Shown: positions 19,200 through 29,195 of the stretch, piece by piece
Position numbering within the stretch: the first letter of the stretch is position 1
How the letters are laid out: every line of letters begins with the position of its first letter
Made by a program: the position numbers and the translations under genes
The notes under the pieces: generated by a model
Database searches by the model: none
What the model saw: the letters and a program-made list of their open reading frames with translations, nothing else
Told to the model about the DNA's origin: nothing
Origin: an uncultured Bacteroidales bacterium
GTDB taxonomy: Bacteria > Bacteroidota > Bacteroidia > Bacteroidales > UBA932
Length of the DNA: 64,000 bases
Direction of reading: 5' to 3'
NCBI GenBank assembly: GCA_937900465.1
Contig: CALCEJ010000155.1
Location: 403 to 64,402, forward strand

Positions 19200-20759
19200 A
19201 TGAAAAAGACATTTGTATATAGCCTTCTGGCTATTTTGGCACTCACAGGCTGTCAGACCAAGGAACTGGAAACTTTCATTCCAGAGACCAATGAAGAAAC
19301 CATAATCCAGAAAGAAGAGACCAAGGTCTTTATTGCAACAATTGAGGATGATTTTGGGACAGAGACCAGAACCTCCCTTGATGGAGAGGGTAATGTCCTC
19401 TGGAAAATGGGGAACCAGGTTAGCATCTTTGCAGGAAGTACTCTCAATGAACAGTATCAGGTGTCAGATGCATCTGATGGAAAAACAGCTGCAACCTTGA
19501 ACAAGATTCCAAGTGGAAGCTTTGTTGCTGGAACAGAGATAGATAACAATGTGGCATTCTATCCTTATGCATCCACGGCGGAGATTGCAAAAAGTGGGAG
19601 TTCCTATGTCATCAGTGGGATTGAGCTCCCTGCAACCCAGACTTATGCAGCAGGCAGTTTTGGGGATGGAGCCTTCCCTATGGCAGCTGTCACCAGTTCA
19701 GCAGAGGATATGAACCTCAAATTTAAGAATGTCCTGGGAGGCCTGAAACTCCAACTCAAAGGTACAGCAAAAATTGTTTCCATCACCATCTCTGGAAACA
19801 ATGATGAGAAGCTTTATGGGGATGCAACTGTAACTATGAGCTATGGTGGAACACCCTCTATCAGTCTTTCAGATGCTTCTGCAAGGACTGTCACCCTGGA
19901 CTGTGGTGCAGGAGTAGCTTTGAATGCAGAAACTGCAACCCCCTTCATCATTGCACTTCCTCCTATGACTATGGAAGAAGGCTTTACAGTGGTGGTGACA
20001 GATACATGGGGCAAGGAGATGGAAATCTCCACTTCAAAGTCCCAGACCATCCCCAGGTCTAACCTGTTGAGGATGCCAGCTGTGGATTATGTTGTCTTGC
20101 CAGACGGTCCGGTTGATATGGGAATGGAAGTTCAATGGGCAAGTTGCAATCTCGGAGCATCAAATCCTATGGAATATGGAGATTATTATGCTTGGGGAGA
20201 AACTGCACCATATTATACAGATGGTCATAGTCAGGATTCCTATTGTTTCAGTTGGAGAGATGGTAAGACTGGCGGGTATACTTGGGACTCTTACTCGTGG
20301 TGTGGTGTATATAACTCGGACCCGGAAGGTGATACCGTAACCCTTACCAAGTATAATTCAGATGTCTCTTACGGAGCCGTTGATGATAAGTATGTGCTTG
20401 AAGCAGAGGATGATGCTGCGCAAGTAAAACTTGGTGGTAATTGGCGCATACCTAGGTATGAGGAATGGGAGTACCTCTATTCCTGTTCCACCTGGAGATG
20501 GATCACTCTGAATGGCATTAATGGTTATCTAGTCACCAGCACTATTAATGGCAACAGCATTTTCCTCCCCGCCGCCGGCTGGCGGTGCAGCATCAGCCTC
20601 GTGGATGTGGGTTCCATTGGATTATACTGGTCTTCCGACCTCAATACGATGATGCCTGACGCTGCTCTTGGCGTGTATTTAGTTTCTTCTTCTGTTGATG
20701 TGTGTAGTGGTTCGACGCGTTACTATGGAAATCCGATCCGTCCCGTCTATGAGCCTTGA
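19200..20759 (+). CDS. fimbrillin-family lipoprotein with C-terminal DUF1566/FISUMP-like domain
   Basis: LTGC lipobox, ETRTSL processing site, W..G.QVSIF, AFYPY, FKNVLG; GDYYAWGET, NSIFLPAAG. Confidence 0.8.
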   Translation: MKKTFVYSLLAILALTGCQTKELETFIPETNEETIIQKEETKVFIATIEDDFGTETRTSLDGEGNVLWKMGNQVSIFAGSTLNEQYQVSDASDGKTAATLNKIPSGSFVAGTEIDNNVAFYPYASTAEIAKSGSSYVISGIELPATQTYAAGSFGDGAFPMAAVTSSAEDMNLKFKNVLGGLKLQLKGTAKIVSITISGNNDEKLYGDATVTMSYGGTPSISLSDASARTVTLDCGAGVALNAETATPFIIALPPMTMEEGFTVVVTDTWGKEMEISTSKSQTIPRSNLLRMPAVDYVVLPDGPVDMGMEVQWASCNLGASNPMEYGDYYAWGETAPYYTDGHSQDSYCFSWRDGKTGGYTWDSYSWCGVYNSDPEGDTVTLTKYNSDVSYGAVDDKYVLEAEDDAAQVKLGGNWRIPRYEEWEYLYSCSTWRWITLNGINGYLVTSTINGNSIFLPAAGWRCSISLVDVGSIGLYWSSDLNTMMPDAALGVYLVSSSVDVCSGSTRYYGNPIRPVYEP

Positions 20760-21070
20760 CAATAAAAACAGATAGCTTCTGTTCTGAGGGTGCATTTGGA
20801 AGATGTGTCCAAATTGTGTCCAAAACTGGTGGATGCAAAAAGAAAAGACTTTGTAAGTTTCTGTAAAACAGTCACTTGCAAAGTCTTTCCTGTGCCTCGG
20901 ATGAGGGCAAAATACTTGGTGGCTGTGGGTGGATTTTGTGTATTCATTGGTGGATGCCCAAGGTCTTGACCTTTAAAAACTTGGTATTATTGCAACTGTA
21001 TCCAAAATAACCCCCAGAAATTGTGGTCAAATGTGTCCAACTTCTGGGGGTTGTGGTCAAATGTGGCCGA

Positions 21071-22432
21071 TTAGAAGAGGCAGTTCTCAGCACTCTTTGC
21101 AATGTCATCAGCATACTCATCAAGGGAGAGACGCACATACCTCTTGAAGGTGTCGTATTTCGTATGGCCGCTCAGTTTCATCATAAACTCCACTGAAAAT
21201 TTCCCCGATAGATAGACGTTGGTGATAAATGTCCTGCGAGCGGTGTGCAGCGATACCATTTCCCATCTGGCCTTGATAGGGAAACCTTCTGAATCATACT
21301 CGAAAAGTGTTTCCCCTTTCTTCCTTGCTTCCGCTTCCATCCTCTTCTCAGGGAGAGTGAGGATAGTTCTCTCCTTCTTCGCCAATGAGGGAATCGTGGC
21401 GGACAATCTCTCCAATGTGTTCTTGATGTTCCTGTTTATGCTGACATCCCAGAGTTTCGGGACGTTGTATTTATACTTTTCCAGCAGCACAATGAGGTTA
21501 TCATCCAGGATGGGAATGATGACAGGCGCTTTGGTCTTGCGCTGGATGATTCGAATAACAGGAGTTCCCAACTCCGTTCTACCAATACAGGATTCCGTTA
21601 TGCGGCACAAATCGCTATACCGCAATCCAGTGTAGCACCCGATCAGGAAGACATCACGGACAGTTTCATCGTAGCCGGACAGGGGCATAACAAACAGGGC
21701 CTGAATTTCTTCCTTTGACAGATAGATTCTGTTTTTCATCTCATCATCGTGCGCAGGGGCATACTTGATAAATGTCCTTGCCTTGACGTTATTGTGCCAT
21801 CCCTGATTCTCCGCATACACCACAAAAGCGTGGAATGCACTGATGTATCTCTTGATAGAGTTTTTGCTGTATCCGTAATCTTCGAGATAGGCAATGAAGT
21901 TATCTACCAGAGGCTGGTTGATATCGGACCATTCAATGTGATGAGTCTCCAAGTAATTGAGCATAACCCTTTTAAACTGGCGAAGGATATTCGTGGAAAA
22001 ATGGGCAAAAGTATCACCATAGGAGTGCCTTCGTGTGCCATCCACTGCACTATCTACATAGTATTCCAGTGAATTCCGAAAACTGTGCTTTATACGATGA
22101 ACAACCCGTTCTTTCTTCTTTTCTTTCTCCAAGAGCACTGTTCTTTTGTCATCCAGCACAATGCTATCAATAATAGAATCCACATTCTCCTTGGTAAGAC
22201 TGTGCTTTCTCCGCAAGTCTTTGATAGCGAACTCAATGTCCTGTATCTTTCTGGTGTAGCCCAGTTTGTCAAGGAGGTTACTGGTCTTCAATTCGCTGCC
22301 GGAGGCGGCGTTCCACTTCGCTATATCAACAGGGAGCATCAGATTCACCCAGGCGACATCTTCGCCCATTCTCAATTTCACGTAGAGAGTGGTCTTCCCT
22401 TCTTTCTTAGTTGTCCGTGTAACTACTTTCAT
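21071..22432 (-). CDS. tyrosine recombinase/integrase
   Basis: TGLRYSD, QRKT, HTARRTF, LSGH, Y catalytic motifs. Confidence 0.95.
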   Translation of the reverse strand: MKVVTRTTKKEGKTTLYVKLRMGEDVAWVNLMLPVDIAKWNAASGSELKTSNLLDKLGYTRKIQDIEFAIKDLRRKHSLTKENVDSIIDSIVLDDKRTVLLEKEKKKERVVHRIKHSFRNSLEYYVDSAVDGTRRHSYGDTFAHFSTNILRQFKRVMLNYLETHHIEWSDINQPLVDNFIAYLEDYGYSKNSIKRYISAFHAFVVYAENQGWHNNVKARTFIKYAPAHDDEMKNRIYLSKEEIQALFVMPLSGYDETVRDVFLIGCYTGLRYSDLCRITESCIGRTELGTPVIRIIQRKTKAPVIIPILDDNLIVLLEKYKYNVPKLWDVSINRNIKNTLERLSATIPSLAKKERTILTLPEKRMEAEARKKGETLFEYDSEGFPIKARWEMVSLHTARRTFITNVYLSGKFSVEFMMKLSGHTKYDTFKRYVRLSLDEYADDIAKSAENCLF

Positions 22433-22441
22433 CTCAATATG

Positions 22442-22801
22442 CTAAGCTATGTTCTTGATATACCCTTCTGCTTCTGCGGCAAGAACATCTTTCATTGAAT
22501 AGATTTTCTTCCTACCTTTAAGGGGTAGAGGGGCAATCTTTCCATCAATCTCCCAGTTGCGGAGAGTGTTTGGAGAGATATTCCACCTCTCGCAGAGTTC
22601 ACGGGCGGTGAGTGTTCTGTCATCATCCATAATGTCTGACGCTCTTTCATCAAGTGCCTCCTCCACAGCCTCACGGACAATATTTTTTACTGAAACGCGC
22701 AGCGCAAGAAGAAGATAGTTGATGACGCTAACGGTCTTGTCATTCAGGCCACACACATAAGGGGTGGTTATCTGCTGGTTTGTGCCAACTAACTGATTCA
22801 T
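22442..22801 (-). CDS. excisionase-like MerR-type HTH protein
   Basis: LTARELCERWNISPNTLRNWEIDG; immediately upstream of the integrase. Confidence 0.8.
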   Translation of the reverse strand: MNQLVGTNQQITTPYVCGLNDKTVSVINYLLLALRVSVKNIVREAVEEALDERASDIMDDDRTLTARELCERWNISPNTLRNWEIDGKIAPLPLKGRKKIYSMKDVLAAEAEGYIKNIA

Positions 22802-22880
22802 ATTTCTTGGATTTTTATTACCATTTTTCACAAAAATAACAAAGACGAGGGGGAACATCCATTCACCCAATATTGGCTCC

Positions 22881-23513
22881 TCAAAGCCCGAACATCTTCT
22901 TGATGCGTTGGACAGATGAGATGGACGTTCCTGACAGCACAGCGGTCTTCCGGACGCTGAAACCTTGGCGGAGAAGCTTGATGGTGGCCTTGTATTGCGA
23001 TTCATATTCCTCCTTGGGTTTGATTGAGCCTTTGTGGCGCCCAACTTTGCCACCTTTGGCCTTGTATGCCACCAACCCAGTCCGAAGGCGATATTCAATA
23101 GCACTTCTTTCAAGCTCAGCACAGGTGCCAAGGATAGACACAAAAATGGTCAGGAAGGGGGACTCTTTATGGTCTTTGAAGTTAAACAGGGACATATTCT
23201 CCTTCTCCATATAGATATTAAGACCTCTATCCTTCGCCCACTTGATGGTTTCCAGCACCTCATCTACCTTTCTGCCAAGGCGGTCAAGGGCGTTTACCAT
23301 CAAAAGGTCTATCTTGTTCTCAACACAGTAGGTAAGACACTCTTGCAGCACCAGACGCTCTGAGTTCTTTTTCCCACCACTTATCTTTTCAGAGAAAATT
23401 CTGTCTATTTCAACTTCATTCTTACCCGCCCACTGGGTGAGAGAGAATATCTGTCGTTCCGTGTTCTGTCTGTCTGTTGTGCTCGATACCCGAGCATAGA
23501 TGACTCCTTTCAT
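22881..23513 (-). CDS. serine recombinase (resolvase/invertase)
   Basis: MKGVIYARVSS, DRLGR, C-terminal HTH. Confidence 0.93.
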   Translation of the reverse strand: MKGVIYARVSSTTDRQNTERQIFSLTQWAGKNEVEIDRIFSEKISGGKKNSERLVLQECLTYCVENKIDLLMVNALDRLGRKVDEVLETIKWAKDRGLNIYMEKENMSLFNFKDHKESPFLTIFVSILGTCAELERSAIEYRLRTGLVAYKAKGGKVGRHKGSIKPKEEYESQYKATIKLLRQGFSVRKTAVLSGTSISSVQRIKKMFGL

Positions 23514-23533
23514 AATGTTTGTTTTTGGGTTTA

Positions 23534-24082
23534 TGTATTCAAAAAATGAGAAGCTCGATTGAATACACTTTTTGTGGTTGATAGGGGGTAATTCTGTTCT
23601 TTCTGGCTTCATTTACCGTATGTGGTGAAATCTTTGAGTTGTTTGAACACAGGGGGCTAATCAAGGATGGCATCAAGAAGGTCTTTGGCTGTGCTCCTGG
23701 CTATCTTGATATGAGTGGAGGATGGGCAAACTGTTGTGCAGTTGGCTGCGATACCGGCCAAAATGATGGCTGAGGTTATGACCAGTAGCTGGTCTTTGGA
23801 TAAGATGATAGATTGGTTCGGTGCTTCCATAAGCTTGTTCGTTTAGTAATTGAATACACCTTTCTATCTACCGATATTGCGCCGTAGTGTAGTGCGTCAG
23901 TCTGTTTTGTCGTTTTGTCGGGTTGTAATTGAATACAGAGGGGGATACAGCGTATTCAAAACAATGAGTTTCGCACGAAAACTTTCGCAGCAAAATCACT
24001 CGTCAGGATGCAGCAAATGCGTTTTTGAAAATACAATCGCAGACTTTCGTGGAAATCGCAGCAAGAAAAATGTATTCAATTA
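23534..24082. promoter_or_regulatory. Cluster of TTGAATAC/GTATTCAA motifs, candidate res site
   Basis: Motif at about 23534, 23559, 23850, 23929, 23952 and 24071 in both orientations upstream of the resolvase. Confidence 0.5.
23657..23830 (-). CDS. 57-aa hypothetical protein with a hydrophobic segment
   Basis: Own translation MEAPNQSIILSKDQLLVITSAIILAGIAANC... Confidence 0.45.
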   Translation of the reverse strand: MEAPNQSIILSKDQLLVITSAIILAGIAANCTTVCPSSTHIKIARSTAKDLLDAILD

Positions 24083-24205
24083 TGCGGTTATCAACCCCCG
24101 GGGGTTTTGTCAATTTTTTCTGTCAAACAGTATGTTCAGTGGAAGAAAAAAGGACTGGGTGAAAATCTCCCAGTCCCGGTGGTGGTAATGTGAAAATGAG
24201 GGGTA

Positions 24206-24997
24206 TCAGTCCCCTGGGTGGTGTATATCAGTAAGATTTGGACATCCACATACGGCCAGCAGGCGCTCATAGATGCCTTTGTCTATCAGGAACTCATTCA
24301 TTACACCTTCATTCAGCTCTCTTCCTGCTGCTGGAATTTCAGCGACAAATCCTGTTAGATTATGCTTTCTTTGGCAGATGCAGCACTCATTTATCAATTC
24401 TTTATCAATAAAGCAATAGGGCACATCATCACGATACCAAATATGATAGTTCTCGGTCGAGAACCCCGAAGGTGTCGTTCCAGAAAGGAAATACTCCTCA
24501 CAAAGGGCAAGATACCCTAAATAATTAGATAGGTGGGTTCTCCTCTTTTCGTTGAGTTCCACGTAGGTGACAATACCGTAGATGGAGTTGTATCCATCCG
24601 CTTTGTCCCACAGGATGTGATTAGGCAGCCAGATAGGGCGATTAAACAGAAATACGGTTGGTTCTATCTTCTTTTGCTCCCGGGCATGCTTGATTAGTGT
24701 CTCCAGCAGTGCAGGGTCGGTAATCTGGTGGTTATCCATATCACGGAGAAAGGGAGCCACGTCATTACTGTCTATCAGATAGAGCGTAAAGTCAATCCCT
24801 GGCTTTTCCTCTACGTTGTTCTCGCCCAAATAACAGAGATAGTCCCTTATGGCCTTGCGGAGAAATACTCTTTCTGTGGTTTTCTCTGGTATGGCCGTAA
24901 CGAAGCCGTAAAGTGTATCATAGTGAGTGTTTGACGAAGTGCTGTTATTCACGAGCACTGGGTGGTTTAGTTTAATAAGATAGTTTTTCATTTCCAC
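24206..24997 (-). CDS. hypothetical protein
   Basis: Long ORF in the island followed by a hairpin at about 24146-24178. Confidence 0.6.
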   Translation of the reverse strand: MEMKNYLIKLNHPVLVNNSTSSNTHYDTLYGFVTAIPEKTTERVFLRKAIRDYLCYLGENNVEEKPGIDFTLYLIDSNDVAPFLRDMDNHQITDPALLETLIKHAREQKKIEPTVFLFNRPIWLPNHILWDKADGYNSIYGIVTYVELNEKRRTHLSNYLGYLALCEEYFLSGTTPSGFSTENYHIWYRDDVPYCFIDKELINECCICQRKHNLTGFVAEIPAAGRELNEGVMNEFLIDKGIYERLLAVCGCPNLTDIHHPGD

Positions 24998-25204
24998 ATT
25001 AGTTTCTTTGTATAAGGTATTTATGGGAGAACTCCTCTCTTATCTCTAAAAGCAAAAAGAGAGAAGATAGGTCATCCTCTCCCTTATTCTGGTCTTGCAG
25101 CATATCAATCTTCGAGGAGCAAAGCGGAGCGAAGATTGCCCTGACAAGCGGAGCTTGAAACACCTCTTTCTGTCATCCTTTCTTTTACGTGTTTCTATTC
25201 TATC

Positions 25205-25428
25205 TGTTGTTGGCGTGCAACGCCAACAAGTAGTATATTTATTATACTATATATCCATATCGAACACTTAACTGTTTGATAATCAGCGATGATTTTCTTG
25301 GAAATTTTTGATTCTCCACCAATTTTTGCACAGAAAAACACACTTCTGGAAACCATACCGAACACTTTTCTCTATGTGGAACCTCCTTCCTGTCACCCCA
25401 TTATTCTTTTTTAAATCCATATCGAACA
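25205..25428. promoter_or_regulatory. Candidate replication origin (three CCATAYCGAACA repeats, hairpin, AT-rich tract)
   Basis: Repeats at about 25255, 25353 and 25417; TTGTTGGCGT-GCA-ACGCCAACAA hairpin. Confidence 0.4.
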
Positions 25429-25431
25429 ACC

Positions 25432-26166
25432 TTAATCCTTTACATACTCCTTAATCCACTGATACATCCTTCCTACACTTATCTCTATACCGTGTTGTTT
25501 CAGCTCTACCACATTCTTTCTGACTGATAGTCCTGGATTATACCAAGTCTTTATCTGCTTATCAGTAATCTCTTTCTCTGTCCTATTCTGCCACCTGACT
25601 ATATCAGCCTGTTTCATCTTCCTAGTCATATCAGGGTCAAAAGCAAACCTTCTTGTGTCCTTCCTGGATTCGCAGTCAATCTCATCTGGTTCCTTTTTGC
25701 AGGCTGCCTGACACAGTTCTCCTACCTTTTGCTGGTTCTCCCGGGTGCAATTAAACACTTTATCAACAAACCTTAAATATTTGGTTAAGAAAGAGATAGC
25801 ATAGTAATACATTTCAAATGCTGCATCTATCCCGATCTTCCGAAGAAACAGAATATAGCTGTACAAGTCTGTTATTACCTGGTCCTTATCCTTGCAGAAC
25901 ACTTTGTCTTTGTAGAGTGTCTGGTCTTTATCCTTATAGACCCTGCTGGTGGAAAATATCATCCAGCTACCATCATTGTAGGCGACACCGTCTTCGTATG
26001 TCTTCTTGGATTCGTAGATTCCCCATTTGTTTCTCACGACTCTATATGCAATCTTGCTCTCATCTATCCCTCCGTGTTCTGCATCCCGGACAAAATTCTG
26101 GTATAGACTTGCCCTTAACCTCTCCCAGTCATCCATCTTATGTATCTTGAGACCTTTCTTCTGCAT
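25432..26166 (-). CDS. hypothetical, Rep-like protein with C-terminal HTH
   Basis: C-terminal YNPGLSVRKNVVELKQHGIEISVGRMYQW; adjacent iteron-like repeats. Confidence 0.45.
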   Translation of the reverse strand: MQKKGLKIHKMDDWERLRASLYQNFVRDAEHGGIDESKIAYRVVRNKWGIYESKKTYEDGVAYNDGSWMIFSTSRVYKDKDQTLYKDKVFCKDKDQVITDLYSYILFLRKIGIDAAFEMYYYAISFLTKYLRFVDKVFNCTRENQQKVGELCQAACKKEPDEIDCESRKDTRRFAFDPDMTRKMKQADIVRWQNRTEKEITDKQIKTWYNPGLSVRKNVVELKQHGIEISVGRMYQWIKEYVKD

Positions 26167-26410
26167 TATAAACAAATCGCATCGCAACTTACTTGGGTGC
26201 TCACTCCCGTTCAGTTACGATGCTTTTGCTTATCTTTTATGTATATATGGCTGTCCGGACTAATGTGAGCAACATCCTTCGCAACCAGTGTGTTCTATTA
26301 TATTTATGTTCGTCCCCGATATTAAATATAACAGCTTTTTCGACGATTCAGTTCCCATAAATAATATGAGGGGGGAACGCTCCTCGACATATAAAATAAT
26401 CCACAGTGTA

Positions 26411-27238
26411 ATGGGAAAATGCAAATCAAAGCAGATAGGCACATTTGCCGAGTTCTGCAAATCAAGAAGAAAAAAATCTATCAATGAGAACAGCGAGGTC
26501 GCCGTTGAGGTTCCATTCTGGGACGACGCCATCAAACTATTGCTGGATAAAATTCACGGCATCGCAGGAACCCCTATCTCTTGGCGGCGTCTGGTCGATT
26601 ATGTGCAAAAGGTATTCATCGTAACCGGCAGGGAGCTGGATGATGACTACAGTATGGTTCAGTCCTTCATCACCGACACCCTCTTCTGGGAATATGGTTC
26701 AGCCTGGATAGATAGCGACGCGGACTACAATTATGCAACCGCTGAACTTGGCAGCAAGGCTCTTGTTATATCCGCCCTGGCAAATGAGATACTAAACTTG
26801 GTAGAGCGTGATTCTGGAGATACGGTAGCCAAACTCTATATGACCACCCCTCCGAAGGAAGACCTCTTTGAGGAAGGCAGGGTTGCAGACTTTACAAAAT
26901 TTGCAAGGTTGCTAAGGGAAAGTGTCCATATTATCTCTTGTCAAGATGGCGGGAAAACACTTGATTATGTGCTTGATAAGATAAGTCAGGACGCCGGCAG
27001 CCTCCATCTGGATGATGTGCTAACCGTGATTCGAGATAATGGATATGATGACCTGGAAGCGTACATATCCGCCATTGTCGCAGAATATCTTGACAACCTT
27101 GCAATTGAGCTAAACAGCGAGCAAGTCATTGACCCGAAGGTGATCGAAGTCGCACGAAAACAGTTTGCGTTCGAGATAACGAAGACGGTGCTGGGGAAGA
27201 TAACTGATGAAACACTCAATAACCAAGGAAGGGGATAA
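26411..27238 (+). CDS. hypothetical protein
   Basis: Long ORF with a downstream hairpin at about 27223-27257. Confidence 0.6.
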   Translation: MGKCKSKQIGTFAEFCKSRRKKSINENSEVAVEVPFWDDAIKLLLDKIHGIAGTPISWRRLVDYVQKVFIVTGRELDDDYSMVQSFITDTLFWEYGSAWIDSDADYNYATAELGSKALVISALANEILNLVERDSGDTVAKLYMTTPPKEDLFEEGRVADFTKFARLLRESVHIISCQDGGKTLDYVLDKISQDAGSLHLDDVLTVIRDNGYDDLEAYISAIVAEYLDNLAIELNSEQVIDPKVIEVARKQFAFEITKTVLGKITDETLNNQGRG

Positions 27239-27451
27239 GCACAACACCCCTTCCTTGATAGATGGTTTTCCTAGGCGGTAGGGGTTATTGCCTCAGATGA
27301 CACAATCTTGGGGTTGGTAGAAAATAGATTCCAGGATCGCAAAAGTATCAGCCCATAATTGAGCCCCTGCACCATTAAAACAACAAGAAAATGCAGTTTC
27401 TGTTTTGACCGATCCAATCTTTTCGTAACTTTGTACAAATATGTTGCGTGT

Positions 27452-28363
27452 ATGACATTGTTTGAAGATACCATACAAGCCCGTCCATTTATTAAATGGG
27501 TTGGAGGAAAGACACAGTTGCTGGATGAAGTGGCAAAATCTCTGCCGAGAGACTTCGCCACACGTCAGCATCTTACGTATGTAGAGCCCTTTGTGGGTGG
27601 CGGTGCCGTGATGTTCTGGATACTTCAGGCATATCCCAACATTGAGCATGCTGTCATAAATGACATCAATAAAGAACTTATCTGCACCTACCAAGTCATC
27701 AAGGAGAATGTTGAGGCGTTGATTTCTGAACTCACCCACATACAACAAGAATATATCCCTTTAAATGCGGAGGATAGAAAGAGTTATTTCCTTTCCAAGA
27801 GAACCCGCTTCAACACGAAGCAAGCAGACCCGGTTGAAACAGCGGCATTGTTCATTTTCCTAAACCGAACCTGTTTTAACGGACTCTATCGTGTCAATTC
27901 CAAGGGTGAATTCAACGTTCCCCACGGCAAATATGCAAATCCTCGAATCTGCGATGCGGAGAATCTACGAGCTTGCTCTAAAGTCCTACATAAGGTGGAA
28001 ATCCTCTGCGGTGACTTTGCGGAAACCGGGCGATATGCTGGTCCTAATACGCTCTTCTACTTTGACCCTCCGTACAAACCAATCACAGATACTTCCTCTT
28101 TCACTTCCTACGCCAAGGAAGGGTTCAATGATGCTGAGCAGATTCGCCTCCGTGATTTCTGCGACCAGATAAGCAAAGACAAAGCCCTGTTTGTGGCAAG
28201 CAACTCGGACCCAAAGGACGTGAATCCTAAGGAGAACTTCTTCGACACCATCTATAACCATTTCATCATCAAGCGTGTTTCAGCTGCCCGAATGATAAAC
28301 TCCGATGCTTCTGGTCGCGGCGCTGTTTCTGAACTGATGATTTCCAATGTAGTTAATGCATAA
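27452..28363 (+). CDS. Dam/DpnM-type DNA adenine methyltransferase
   Basis: KWVGGKTQL, EPFVGGG, FNGLYRVN, DPPY motifs. Confidence 0.95.
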   Translation: MTLFEDTIQARPFIKWVGGKTQLLDEVAKSLPRDFATRQHLTYVEPFVGGGAVMFWILQAYPNIEHAVINDINKELICTYQVIKENVEALISELTHIQQEYIPLNAEDRKSYFLSKRTRFNTKQADPVETAALFIFLNRTCFNGLYRVNSKGEFNVPHGKYANPRICDAENLRACSKVLHKVEILCGDFAETGRYAGPNTLFYFDPPYKPITDTSSFTSYAKEGFNDAEQIRLRDFCDQISKDKALFVASNSDPKDVNPKENFFDTIYNHFIIKRVSAARMINSDASGRGAVSELMISNVVNA

Positions 28364-28367
28364 CATT

Positions 28368-29192
28368 ATGGCAAAATTTGATGTATTCCTCTCCCAGCTA
28401 AAGGAAACAAATGCGACTCTGGGCTTCTTCACTGATTTTTCCAAGGTGTGTTTAAGCGTTGCCAAGATTGCAGTTAAACTGAATCAGCTTAATTTTCTTC
28501 TCGGGAAGGACAATTTACGCGCAGCAGTTGAGCTGATCTATAACGAGAATCCAAAAGCCTTCGAAGTTCTGGACATTCTTGTGGCAGTAAGAAAGAAGGA
28601 TAAGAAATTAGTCCTGAATGAAAAACTGCAGCCAGTACTTTTAGAGAGCTATTTCAACGATGTTGATAGTATCTGTGCTTACATTGAGGGTACAGGATTA
28701 GGGGAAGTGTTTCGCTCAAAGAAGATAACCAACCTCGTTGATTATGTTTTCGGCGTCGAAGTCGGTCTTGACACAAATGCACGGAAGAATCGTTCAGGAA
28801 AATTAATGGCCAAAGCCGTTGCGAAAGTATTTACTGAGGCCGGCATTGTATATGAAGAAGAAGTTAATAGTACGACCTTTAATGATTTAAAAGGACTCGG
28901 TAAAGACCTTAAACGATTCGACTTTGTCATAAGGAAAAAGGACAAGATTTTCTTGATAGAGACGAATTTCTACAATGATGGCGGATCTAAACCCAATGAA
29001 GTCGCTCGGTCCTATTCAGACATTGCTCCTAAGATCAACGCCAATAAGAAATACGAGTTCGTATGGATAACCGATGGCAAAGGTTGGCTTAAAGCCAAGA
29101 ATAAACTGGAGGAGGCTTACGGAATTATTCCTCGCGTTTACAACCTCACCACCCTCCCTTCATTCGTTGAAGAGATCAAGAAACTGGCGTAA
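28368..29192 (+). CDS. DpnII/MboI-type restriction endonuclease
   Basis: GVEVGLDTNARKNRSG, KRFDFV, IETNFY..GGSK, WITDGKGW motifs. Confidence 0.92.
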   Translation: MAKFDVFLSQLKETNATLGFFTDFSKVCLSVAKIAVKLNQLNFLLGKDNLRAAVELIYNENPKAFEVLDILVAVRKKDKKLVLNEKLQPVLLESYFNDVDSICAYIEGTGLGEVFRSKKITNLVDYVFGVEVGLDTNARKNRSGKLMAKAVAKVFTEAGIVYEEEVNSTTFNDLKGLGKDLKRFDFVIRKKDKIFLIETNFYNDGGSKPNEVARSYSDIAPKINANKKYEFVWITDGKGWLKAKNKLEEAYGIIPRVYNLTTLPSFVEEIKKLA

Positions 29193-29195
29193 GAT

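Larger units (their letters stand above)
16064..20900. mobile_element. Integrase-less att-flanked cassette (element A) carrying adhesin lipoproteins
   Basis: GTGCCTCGGGCGG 16064-16076 and GTGCCTCGG 20892-20900; arm repeats TGTGTCCAAA/TGTGGTCAAA at both ends as in element B. Confidence 0.8.

Noticed and set aside
22802..23143. N-terminal extension of the 22442-23143 ORF
   Set aside because: It overlaps the resolvase in another frame; the MNQLV start at 22801 fits an Xis-size protein
22881..23513. Island resolvase as the invertase for the 60859-61014 switch
   Set aside because: Its adjacent repeat motif does not resemble the switch IR, so there is no supporting evidence
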